Below are positions 13,228 to 26,454 of a stretch of 64,000 nucleotides of DNA, one piece after another (position 1 is the stretch's first letter; the number at the start of each line of letters is the position of its first letter). The stretch lies in assembly GCA_964016885.1 (NCBI GenBank), contig OZ024740.1, positions 744,001 through 808,000 of the forward strand, in the 5' to 3' direction. The notes beneath the pieces are model-generated. The model saw only the letters and a program-made list of their open reading frames with translations. It did no database searches and was not told where the DNA came from. This DNA is from Eledone cirrhosa. Lineage: Eukaryota. The position numbers and the translations under genes were made by a program.

Positions 13228-15795
13228 GTAAGTAGGATTATTAATGTGTATATCTTGTTATCTGCTACCTCCTGTCTTACGGCAATGGGCCACGGCACTT
13301 TTCCATCTTTCTCTGTCTCTGGCATCTTTCTCTGTCTCAGCTTATGCCACACGTGTGCCGGTCATCTTTCAGGGTGGAGCTCAAGGCCTTCTTTGGCCTA
13401 TCCTTTGGTCTTTTCCCACCAGCTGGCAATGTTGACATTGCATTTCTTGCTGGTATACGACTTTTATTCTCTATAATCAATGAGTTTACATATATTTTCC
13501 AAATTAATGTTATGGTATACCTTTCTGTAAGGGGTAGATCTGGCTGTATAGGAAAGCAGAGGAAAGGACTATGAAAGCCATAAATGAGAGGAAGGGGGGG
13601 GGGGGAGCAAGGACTCTAGGGCTACAGAAGAAAGACAGGGAGCAGCAGTGCTGGAGTTGGAGACAGTCCGCGCTATTTGTTTGTCTTCTTTTTCTCTGCA
13701 TTGCGGGCCACAGTTCCAGGGATTGTGACTGAAGTGAGTAAGTTGGAGGCAGAGAACATGTCACATGGGGTATCCCAGATGAGAGATCTACCTCCTTCAA
13801 ATGGGAAGAGGATCCGTCAGTATACTGTCCCTCATTTGTAGGACAGTCTCTACCAGCTGCATTCCTCTGCTCTTTATGTGTATGGTTATAATACATCTTA
13901 TGACATTGTTGTGACATGTTATTGTATGGTACAACTACCTGTTGTTATGACACTACCACCTGTTGTTATGCTACTGTGATGATATAATACCACTTCTTAT
14001 TGTTATGACACTATCTTTTCATATGATGCTACTATCTGTGGTAATGACACTGTTACGACACTGTTACGACACTGTTATGACACTGTTAAGCCACTGTTAC
14101 AACACTGTTACGACACTGTTATGACACTGCTATGACACTGTTATGACACTGTTATGACACTGTTATGACACTGCTACGACACTGTTACAACACTGTTATG
14201 ATACTGTTATGACACTGTTATGACACTGTTATGACACTGTTACGACACTGTTACAACACTGTTATGACACTGTTATGACACTGTTATGACAGTTACGACA
14301 CTGTGTCATAGTCTACAACAATAAGTTGTTATACCACTAAATGTCCACATATTCTGCCATTAGGAAGGAACTATGTTGATTAACAAGAATGAGATGTTGG
14401 TGAAAAGTTTACCAGAACATCTTCACCGCCGCCATCGGAGATCAGTTAATGACCAACCATTTCTTCTGGCCAGCAGACAACTGAATTACTCAACTAATTA
14501 TATTACAACAAGTAAGTTGTCATATGCTTCACTTTTCTACACCTATCACACCAAACACTACTATCTCATATTGATATATGTGTGTATATATATATATATA
14601 TATGCTGAGATGCTGAAAGCATCAGAAGTAGTAACTAAACTGGTTACATGCATCGTCAATCAAGCTATATATGGCGGTGTCATACCCAAAGACTGGTGCA
14701 GCAGTATTCTTATAAATTGCTACAAAGGTAAAGGGGATGCTCTGGAGAGGAGCAATTATAGGAGCATAAAACTGATGGATTAGGTTATGAAAGTGGCAGA
14801 AAGGATATTAGTGCAACTAAGATACAGTTTGGTAGTCCCTAAGGAAACTAGGTGTAGAGGAATGGCTTGTGAGGACAGTGCAAGCTATGTACAGGGGTGC
14901 TGTCAGTAAAGTGAGAATAGGAATGCAGTTTAGTGAGGAATTCCAGATACAAGTAGGTGTACATCAAGGTTCGGTCCTCAGCCCACTCTTGTTCATTATA
15001 GTCCTCCAAGCCATAACAGAGAAGTTTAAGACTGGCTGTCCATGGGAACTTCTCTATGCTGACGATCTGGTACTTATAGCAGAATCAGTAGAGGAGCTAG
15101 AGAATAAATTCTGGCTATGGAAATAGCAGTTGGAATCAAGAGGCCTGAGAGTGAACCTAGCTAAGACTAAAGTGTTGGTAAGTAGAAAAGAGGACAAAAC
15201 TCTGATTCCATCAGGGAAATGGCCATGTTCGATATGCAGAAAAGGAACTGTCATAAATTCTATAAAATGTACACAATGCAGATCTTGAGTACACAAGAGA
15301 TGTAGTGTGATAGCAGGCAAACTAATAGGTAGGGAAAACTACATATGCATTAGATGTACAAGGAAATTTGATAGTAGAAGTCGCAGTGATAGACACATTT
15401 TTCAAATGCAGGTAGATTCTATAGAAGTGGTTGATAGCGTCCGGTACCTAGGTGATCAGATTAGCAAAGGAGGAGGGTGCTTCCAGCCCGTCCTTATTCT
15501 AGTATCTAGAATAAGGACAGGTTGGAAGAAGTTTAGGGAGCTGCTTCCTCTGTTGACAAAGAAGGGTTTCTGCCTATGAATGAAAGGCCAGTTATATGAT
15601 GCCTGTGTGAGATACGCGATGCTGGGTAAAGAAGTGCCAAGAAATCCAAATGGAAGGAAGATGCAGTAGAGGAAGACCACGAAAATCATGGGCAGAGGTG
15701 TTGAGAGCTGACCTCATATCGCTGAAGCTCACAGATATATATGTATCAATATGTAGGCATATGTATATATATATGTAGGCATATATATATATGTA

Positions 15796-15833
<38 letters not shown>

Positions 15834-16266
15834 TGTATAGTGGTAGCTATGTTGCTTCCGTAGGCGGTATGCCAAAATTAGCACTCGATATTCATCAGAG
15901 TAGAGTGTATATATTATCAAGAAAACGAAAAATCAGTGATGTATCTGGACTTAGTTTATATCGTGTTACAAATGTTTCACTGGCATGTAGCTCGAGTCAT
16001 GGTCCTTGTATGGATCTGGCTGATTCTACTTCTGCAGGTTCTTTCAGACACGTCTGTTATGTCCGGAGCAAATTTTATCACTGTGATAAAATTTGCTGAG
16101 TGATAAAATTTGCTCCGGACATAACAGACGTGTCTGAAAGAACCCGCAGAAGTAGAATCAGCCAGATCCATACAAGGACCATGACTCGAGCTACATGCCA
16201 GTGAAACATTTGTAACACGATATAAACTAAGTCCAGATACATCACTGATTTTTCGTTTTCTTGATA

Positions 16267-16307
<41 letters not shown>

Positions 16308-18549
16308 TGAAGGCCCATGGCTTAGTGGGGGGTTGCAATTGAAAGCAGTATAATAATGGAAATGATATATATTCACATTGCCCCAGTTTACTCAGCAGCA
16401 AAAATGAGATGATAGGACTGGGGTCCCTATCATTCCACTGCAAAGTGGTCGTGGAGGTGCCACGGCAAAAAAGCCCCCAGCACTCACTGTAAATGAGGTT
16501 GGTGTTAGGAAGGGCATCCATCCAGCTGTAGAAATCAAGCCAGAATCAGTTCCCGTATGAGCAAGACAAGGTCAGCCGACTGGACACTGCCCACAACAGG
16601 ACAACCCATCTAACCCATGCTAGCATGGAAGAACGGACGTAAAACGGTGATGATGATGATGATGATAATGATACACACATATCAATATGGGATAATTGAC
16701 TGTTTAGCATGTATGTATATGTGTGTGTATATATCTATATATAACTATATATATGTATGTGTATATTATATTATGTGATCAATCCTAGCTTAATAAATAT
16801 TTCCATCATAGACTTCAGGCCAAACAGTTTTACTAAAGACAATCTTTAAATCAAACCCCAATATTTTATCACAAAGTATTTCCCCTCACCCCTACTCTCC
16901 TAATTCTACTACACCCCCGACCAGCTCCACCACTACTTCCTAGCTTAATCATCGATTAATTTGACAAAACAACAGTTATGAAAATTTTTTAATAAAACAG
17001 TATTTCAAATCTTTTGATACCAAACCTCCTGGAATAACACCTGGTTCTGCGATACTAAGCTCTTTATATTATCTAAAAACCTTCCATCATAACTTTCTGT
17101 AAAAACCTGAAGTTAAACTCCAAACACAAGCTTAATAATGAGCAAGTTATCTATATAACACACATGGGCATGCCTACAAAATCAGAAAACAGCACAGTTC
17201 CCATGATTTTCAGAAACATTTTTTCACGCTCAGAGTTGCTGAAGCATGGAACAAACTACCTGCATCAGTTGTTAGCTGTCGAGACACTGCATCCTTTAAA
17301 ACCTCCATGCTTCCTGAGATTCACCAACACTACACCTAATGTTCCCCCTCCATACACATAAACACATGTATATCATGACTCATACACTATTCACTTCCCT
17401 GACATTTGTATATTATTCTATGTACTATACATGCACCTTTGACGAGTTGTAGTGCACCTGAGCAGCACTTTACACAATAATTTCATTATTATTATTTTAT
17501 TACTAAATCCTTCCAAATTCTTGATTATTTTCAAAATTACCTGAAAGTAACAGGCAATGTCTTTCATTAGAAATAATGAAAAGATTAAATGAATCTGTTC
17601 TAGATCCCAATATTAGAGAAATTTACAAGAAAAGAAGATTAAATCTATTGAGAAATTTGACAATAGAAATTGCCGTTTATGTAGACTCTGTTTTAACCAA
17701 CTCTCTGGAAGCAGTTCATAATTTGAAATCTATGCAACAGAAAATAGATTTTGTCGTCATTAAATACAACGCAGTAAGTATTTCTATTAAATTGGTTTGT
17801 GTAAGTATATTACCTTGTTTTTATTGAACAAAAGTTATACAATAATGGAAATATTAAAAATGATAAAAACAAAATTAAGTAATGAAAAAAAGGGTGAAGG
17901 GATAAAGAAGAGCAGATCTGGCTGTATAGGAAAATGAAGGAAAGGACTATAAATGCCATAAATGAGAAGAAAAGGAGGGAAAAAGCAAGGACTATTGTTG
18001 TGGGCAAAAAGCCCTGAATACCCCCGCGTAACTAAAAGTGGACTAGGCAAAACTATAAATAAGAACTGAAGTGAATTGTCATGGTTGTGTATACAGAGCC
18101 TCATTGTAGTCTCTCGTTGATAGTTTGGAATTACACCTGTTGAATACCTTGGGTGTTACCCTCGTTTAATACCGATATACTAAACAGGTGTGTCACACCA
18201 TCATAACAACTATTAGGCAACATGTAAAAGAGAGGGAAGGGAGAGGGTGACAGACTTTACACCCAGTTTGAGGCGGTGTTTCAACCGCACCCCGCAGACA
18301 AAATTACAAAGGTATTTCTGGGGACAATGGCCAGCAGCACCCACTGAAACAGCCAAGCCCATATCAAGGGGCTCGTCCCTCAGACAGGCTGCTGACTTCC
18401 GATTTTATAGGGGAGCTTAGCTGTACGGGGTCTGAGGATGCCTAAAGTCTTGATGGTGACCGGTGCAAAGAGGAAGCAGCCAGACATGCCCTGGTATTTG
18501 CTTGTCTTCCTGTCCTCATGTGTATATGTTTGTGCGTGTGTTTGTGCAT

Positions 18550-18586
<37 letters not shown>

Positions 18587-21500
18587 TAACCCATGCAAAA
18601 GTGAAAAAAAATGGACGTTAAATAATGATGATAATGATGATGATGATATAAATTATTTTTAGAAAATAAGCAAAAATAAATCCAATGTGATGGCCCATTG
18701 GTTAGGGTGTGAGATTCACAATCATAAGGTGATGGGTTTGATTTCTGGACCAGGTGATCTTCTTGAACAAGACACTTCATTTCACATTGTTTCAGTTCAC
18801 TCAGCTAAGAAAATAAAAATAGTACAAGCTGCTGCTGGGAGTTAACCCTTATGATGGACTAGTATCCTATCCAGGGTTAAGTCTTGTATCCTCAATTACT
18901 TAACACCAATAAAGCTGGGATAAACTTAAAGCTCTCAGCTTGAGAAAGACTTTATATTTTTTTGATTTGATTTTCATTTTGTTTTTGCTTATATTCTTTC
19001 TGTGTTATTTCTGTTCTTTCAATTATTGTTCTATGCTGCTACTACTGCTGCTGTTGTATGAAGGTCCAATATGAATATTGGAGGGAGAGGCTTACTGATC
19101 TCCATATCACCATTCAACTTAAGAAGATACTCTTCTTCATTGAAGATCCAGTGAGTAACATAAGCTCTATTAACAATAAGTTGATCAGAATAATAAAAAT
19201 AACATTATTACTATTGGCCCCTATATGCAGACCCTTGTGGCCAATAAAGAAAGAATTATTATTATTATTATTATTTCCATTATTATTTTTATTGCCCATC
19301 ATTACCAAGCACAGCTCTGTGTGCCTTGGATATGAACAGTATAGACTTTGCTGATGTTGTTTCTCTTGTATTGATAGTACTTTTCGTAATATGTGTGCAG
19401 TGCCTAGTAGTGCTATCTTTTGTATGCTGTGTATCATCATCATCATCATCATCATCGTTTAACGTCCATGTTCCATGCTTGCATGGGTTTGGACGGGAGT
19501 TTTCCCACTTGAGGCAAGAGTGGTTGTCTTGCTCACATAGGACTGTCTGGCGGGTTTTCCACAGCTGGATGCCCTTCCTAACACCAACCACATTTACAGT
19601 GTGGGGCTGGGAGGTTTTTACCGTGTTGCCTACACGGCCACATTACAGCGTGGACTGTATGTTTTTTTGTCGTGACACCTACACGATCTCATTTGTTTCG
19701 GCCTGGATGTTGTGGCACCAACATAACTTTACATTGAAAGGGGCGGTGTGGATGGGGTGGGGGTGGTGGGACGGGGGGTGTTTTGTTAGAGATGCCTACT
19801 GACTGTAGTAGGTTTACTTTGTATTTAGGCAAGGCGAGTCTTCTCTATTACTGAGTACCGCCAAAGATCTCGGTCCAGTGACATTGTCTTGGAGAGGTGT
19901 AAGCGTGTGAGGTCGGAATTTATCAGGTCGTCCCAGGTTTTTCTGGGTCTGCCTACTCCGTGGCTACCGTCTATCTTTATTGCCCTGCACCTTTTTATAC
20001 AGCTGTCGTTTTTCATGCTCATCACGTGACCATACCAACGTAGCCTTCTCTCGACTAAACAACATCTGATCCCTCTTATTTCTAATTTTTCCCTTAGTTC
20101 ATTGTATATATATATGTAAGTCTTGGGGTACTCTATATAATATATAGAGTAGTGCATAATATAGTAGTGCATCATTGGGGCACTAGGAAAAGTCTCTAGA
20201 TATCTTACATAAAAAGCCTTGAGATTCCCGACTTCATAGGCAGTGCCCAATCCTATGAGATATATTGAGACTCTGAGATGAGGGACTGATCTGAGGCCAA
20301 GTAACACGTTGCACCTAGAGAAACCTTACATTGTCATTATTGTTTGAGGAATAACACACATTGAGTCATGTTCCAGGAGAGCCCCACATGTTTGAGGAAT
20401 AACACACACTGAGTCATGTACCAGGAGAGCCCCACATGTTTGAGGAATAACACACACTGAGTCATGTACCAGGAGAGTCCCACATGTTTGAGGAATAACA
20501 CACACTGAGTCATGTACCAGGAGAGTCCCACATGCTTGAAGAATAACACACACCGAGTCATGTACCAGGAGAGCCCCACATGTTTGAAGAATAACACACA
20601 CCGAGTCATGTACCAACTTAGGAGAGTCCCACATGTTTGAGGAATAACACACATCAAGTCGAGTACCAACTTTGGAGAGTCCCACATATTAAAGAGTCAT
20701 GTACTAGCTTTGGAGAGTCCCACATGTTAAAGAGTCATGTACTAGCTTTGGAGAGTCCCACATGTTTGAGGAATAGCATGCATCGAGTTAAGAACCCGGT
20801 TTGGAGAGTCCCACATGTTTGAGGAATAAGTTAAGGTACAATTATAAAAACTACCTATTTCAGCATCTTTTTAAAATTATTTTTTTTGCCTTTTTCTCTT
20901 TATTCTTTCATCTTTTTAGATGGAACACTCCAAAGAAAATAATTTAGACTCAATCTTAGAATCTTTTTGTTCCTGGCAGCGATTCAGTATTCCTCAATAT
21001 GATCACGTGATGCTCTTATCAATGTAAATATAGTTTTAACTTCAGATAAGCTTTATTTTCAATTGTATAAATAACATTACAAAAGAGGAGGAAGTAAAGA
21101 AGGACAGATCTGGCTGTGTGGGAAAGTAGAGGAAAGGACTATAAATGCCATAAATGAGAGGAAAGGGAGGGGGAAAGGTAAAGGGTGATAGGCTCTGGGT
21201 CTAGGGCACAGTATTGTTGGAGTTGTGCCCCATGGACAAAACTGCAAAAGTATTTCCACGGACAGTGGCCAGCGACACTTGCTGCAACAGCCCCACCCCA
21301 CACCACCTTGCGGGTCTACTGATGTTCCAATCTTGCGGAGGAGCTCGGCAGGGTCCGGGGACTATAATAAGTTCCTTTCCTAACACACATACATATGCAC
21401 ATACATACATATACCCACACATACATACATACACACATGCACATACACACATGCACATACACACATTGGGTTTGAAGTTAATATATAAATCATCATCAAG

Positions 21501-24500
21501 ATCATAATTTAACATCCACTTTCCCTGCAAGAGTTAGACATATCATCCCAGACCAAATCAGGAGTGTAGCAGGGCTACTGACCACCCAGACAGACCAGGG
21601 GTCTACATCTCAATTATGACTAAATCAACCCACAGCAGTATATGAGATCAGAAGCTAAACACAGCACTTCATATATGCCAATAATGTTTAAAAACATTGT
21701 CATATTTGGGGAGGATCATGTTGTTCTAATATTGCCAGAAAAATATAGTAAAACACACTCACTGTTTGGTTTGGTTTTCACTTCAGTATATTTTTATATT
21801 TCTAAAAATAATTTAGCTGGCTAGCAATGTTTATCATTGATTGACCAACAGGTAAAAATATAAATATAAATATACTTTCTCAGAGTTTTTTTGTCACACA
21901 TATCTGTGACATCATCAGTGATTATCATGTTTCTATGTTCCCCCCGTTGTGTTTAAAAGCATTTCTGCTAAATCGTTCATAGCATTGTCATTGTTCTATA
22001 TTAAATACAAAAATGTTAATATGATACAGAAAACCATCAATAAAACCCGGAGGGCGAGCATACAGACCAGGAGTTTGCAGGTCATCGTTGCACTGTGCTG
22101 TCAATAATGAAGCAATGTGGGGGTTTTGGTACCTAGAAGCACATGAATTAGGACACAAGTAAGTACTGATGATGTTTATCTATGTCTCAATTAATATATT
22201 TATATGGTCATACACACACACACATATATATATATATATCAACATCCTCATCATTAGTATGGAAAATGGATGCTAAATGATGACTTATCATCATCATCAT
22301 CATCATCATCGTTTAACGTCCATCTTCCACGCTTGCATGGGTTTGGACCGGAGGTTTCCCACTTGAGGCAAGATTTGTTGTCCTGCTCGCATAGGACTGT
22401 CTGGCGGGTTTTCTACGGCTGGATGCCCTTCCTAACACCAACCACATTTACAGTGTGGAACTGGGAGGTTTTTACCGTGTTACCTACATGGCCACATTAC
22501 AGTGTGGACTGTGTTTTTTTGTCATGACACCTACACGACCTCATTTGTTTCGGACTGGATGTTGTGGTACCAACATAACTTCACATTTAAGGGGGTGGTG
22601 TGGATGGGGTGGGGTGGTGGGACGGGGGTGTATTTTGTTAGAGGTGCCTACTGACTGTAGGTTTCGCTTTGTACTTAGGCAAGGCATGTCTTCTGTATGA
22701 CTGTGTAGTGCCAAAGATCTCGGTCCAGTGACATTGTCTTGGAGTAAGTGTGTGAGGTCGGATTTATTAGGTCGTCCCAGGTTTTTCTGGGTCTGCCTAC
22801 TCCATGGCTACCGTCTATTTTTATCGCCCTGCACTTTTTTATACAGCTGTCGTCTTTCATGCGCATCACGTGACCATACCAACGTAGTTTTCTCTCGAGT
22901 AAACAACATCTGATCCCTCTTATTCCTAATTTCTCCTTTAGTTCGTTTATGCTTTGCCGTTCACGTATATTACTATTACACATCCAGCGGAGCATGCAAG
23001 CTTCGTTCTTCTCCAGTCTGCGTATATCCTCTGCACACAATGCCCCGGTCTCACTGCCTTGCAACATTGCTGTTCGTATGCAGGCATCATACAGCCTGTC
23101 TTTCATTTTTAGAGAGAACCCTTTAGCGGCTAATAGTGGTATAAGCTCTCTAAACTTTTTCCATCCCGTTCTGACTCTAGCTACTCTACTCTCAGAACCC
23201 CCCCCCCCTCCCCACTGCTGATTTTGTCACCCAGGTAATGGAAGGTGTCCACTATTTCTATAGAACCATATATATATATTTCCAGATCTGCCGCCTTTGT
23301 AGCCGAGATGCGGACATCGGGACGCAAGCCCTTTCTCTGGTCCATCATTTCACCTGGAGGGGTTACCCAGCTCCCTCGTCCACGCCGCCCTCGCCCACCT
23401 GTTTCACTCCCCCCTCTCCTACCACCCCACCACCCTACTCCTCCAACAAACCATCCTCGCCTCTTCCGACGCCTCCAGTCTGATCCTTCCACCTCCCTCG
23501 TCTTCCCGCTAGCACCCACCCTCCTTCAAACGCACACACAACCTCCACAACCTCCTCTTCTGCAGCTCCCTACACCCCAACCGCCATTTCTCCCCGGTTC
23601 CCTTCCCTGCTCCAGACCCCGCTGCCACACATGCCCCCAGATTACCAACACCACCACCTTCCAGGGACCCAACGGCCACACTCTCTCTCTGTCCGGCATT
23701 CCTCTCACTGCACCTCCTCCAGCCTTTTTATGGCCTCTGCTGCACGGAGTATGGCGCAACCTATTTAGGATAGACCAGACGCCATCTGGCCGACTTAGGG
23801 CTGAACAACGCACCATCTTCCTATTACAGACTTGCACCACCACCCCTCTTCCTTTAGCCTTCGACTGACCCTCTACCTGTCCCCTACCCCTACTAGCACC
23901 ACTAACCTCTACCCACACACACCTCACCACCCCACTACTAATACTATCAAATACTGCCCCACCTTCCTTCCTCCCCACAACACACACGCACTCACACCCC
24001 AAACACACACACACACCAGTATATATACACTCACATGTATGTACACATGTATCTTCCCCTCTCCTGTCCCCTCTCCCTCTACTAGCACCACTAACCTCTA
24101 CCCACACACCTACCTCTCATCACCCTTTCCGTCAACATTACTACTGTTCACCACAACACGCACACACCTTACCTTCCGCCATCCCCGCTCAGACTCCAAT
24201 TTTCTTGCTTCCCTCTCCTTCCCACTTCATGCACCCCTTACACATTCCCCAACCCTTTCCTCCCGGACCCATACACCGCTCCCACCCCTCTTCACTCTCA
24301 TTTTCTTTAAATTCTGTTTTTTTTATATATTCCGTTTCATTCTGTTTCTATTTATTTTGATTTCATGTTTTGTTTTTATTTCTATTTTTCCCGTCCTTTC
24401 ATGCTTTTCCTGCTAACTCCCCCACCCCACTCCCTCTCAGAGTTCCCCCCTACTCTCCTGATGAAGGACTTATGTCCGAAACGTCGTAACCCTCCCCCCC

Positions 24501-24578
24501 ATTCTCACGAAGCATGATGCTAATAACACCATGTACCATTGACTTCTGCATTTGTTTGTTATTTTGAACTATATATAT

Positions 24579-24611
<33 letters not shown>

Positions 24612-26405
24612 GTTTAACGTCCATCTTCCACGCTTGCATGGGTTTGGACGGGAGTTTTCCCACTTGAGGCAAGATTGGTTGTCTTGCTCGCATAGGACTG
24701 TCTGGCGGGTTTTCTACGGCTGGATGCCCTTCCTAACACCAACCACGTTTACAGTGTGGACTGGGAGGTTTTTACTGTGTTACCTACACGGCCACATTAC
24801 AGCGTGGACTGTGTGTTTTTTTGTCGTGACACCTACACGTCTGGCGGGTTTTCTACGGCTGGATGCCCTTCCCAACACCAACCAAAATACATTGGTTACC
24901 TAGGTGACAACCTCAGTAGTTAGGGAGGTCTCACAGTAATCAGAGTGAGATCAGGTTGGAGAAAATTCAGGGAGCTACTACCGTTACTAACTACAAAAGG
25001 TTTTTCTCTCAAAATGAAAGGCAGACTGTATGATACATGTATACGAACAACAATGTTGCATGGCAGCGAGACCTGATCACTGTGTGAAGATTGGAAAGGA
25101 ATGAAGTCTCCATGCTTCGCTGGATATGCAATAGCAATATACCTGAATGGCAAAGTATAAATGTACTGCGTAAAATATTAGGCTTAAGAAGGATCAGTTG
25201 TTGTATGCAGGAGAGGAGATTGTGTTGGTATGAAGGATGACAGCTGTATATTAAGGTGCAAAACGCTCAAAATCGATGTAAACCGTGGTGTGGGTAGGCC
25301 TAGGAAGACTTGGGATGAGGTAATAAAAGCTGACCTTGCACAATTACACCTCTCAAAGGCAATGACTCAGGACCGCAACCTCTGGCGCTATGCAGTTTTA
25401 TGAAAGACCCGCCCTCTATTGTTCTCAGGATGAGGCTTATACCTAGCAGGCCACACCTTCCTCAACCTGCTATCCCTTCATTCACCTCCCTTAGCGGTAA
25501 CCATACTTCCCCTACCACCCTGTCCATATTTTCCTCAAGCTTCCTGCTCCCTCCCTAGTACCAAGACAAAAGGGCCCAGGCCCCACTGTAATGTGGCCGT
25601 GTAGGTGACACGACAAAAAGCACCGAGCACACACTGTAAATGTGGTTGGCAGTAGGAAAGGTACCCAGCTGTAGAAACCAAGCCAAAATCTGCCCCAGGT
25701 GAGCTAAACAAGGGTCAATCCGTCCAACCCATGAATGATGGACGTTATTCAACGAGGTTGATGATATATTTATGTGTGTATATATATGAAGTGTGTATGT
25801 ATATGTATGATATGTGTATGTATATTACATATATGGTATATGTATATGCATGCAAATATATATATATGTGTATATCAGTATCATGATATGTTCATGTATG
25901 TATATGTATATATATGTATATTATACTGGTACCACAAAACATCCAGCCCACACTGTAGAGTGGTCATGTAGGTGTCACGACAAAAAGCACCCAGTCCACA
26001 CTGTCAATGTGGTTGGTGTTAGGAAGGGCATCCATAGAAAACCAGTCAGAAACTCTCCTATAAGAGTGAGACATGGTCACCCAAACCAACTTGCCTCTAA
26101 ATGGGACAAACCCGTCTAACCCATGCTAGCGTGGAAGATAGACGTTAATCGATGATGCTGACGATGATAAACAAGAGTATTAATGAAAAAATTTAACTTC
26201 TTTTATGGAAGAAAGAAGTTGAATGTTTCCATTAAAACTTTTATATTTGCTCTGCCTTCATAACCACTCTCCCACACTAATACATAAATGCATTGAACAA
26301 TTCCTTTTTTTTAAACTGGCAACTACATACTATCATTTTAATTCTCTACTTTCCTTTGAGAATTGTTTGTATACTTCTACCTTTGATATATATATATGAT
26401 GTGTG

Positions 26406-26454
<49 letters not shown>

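Noticed and set aside
15840-15905. CTGATGA on the - strand followed by a hairpin
   Set aside because: No GAAA or stem III in register; not called a hammerhead.
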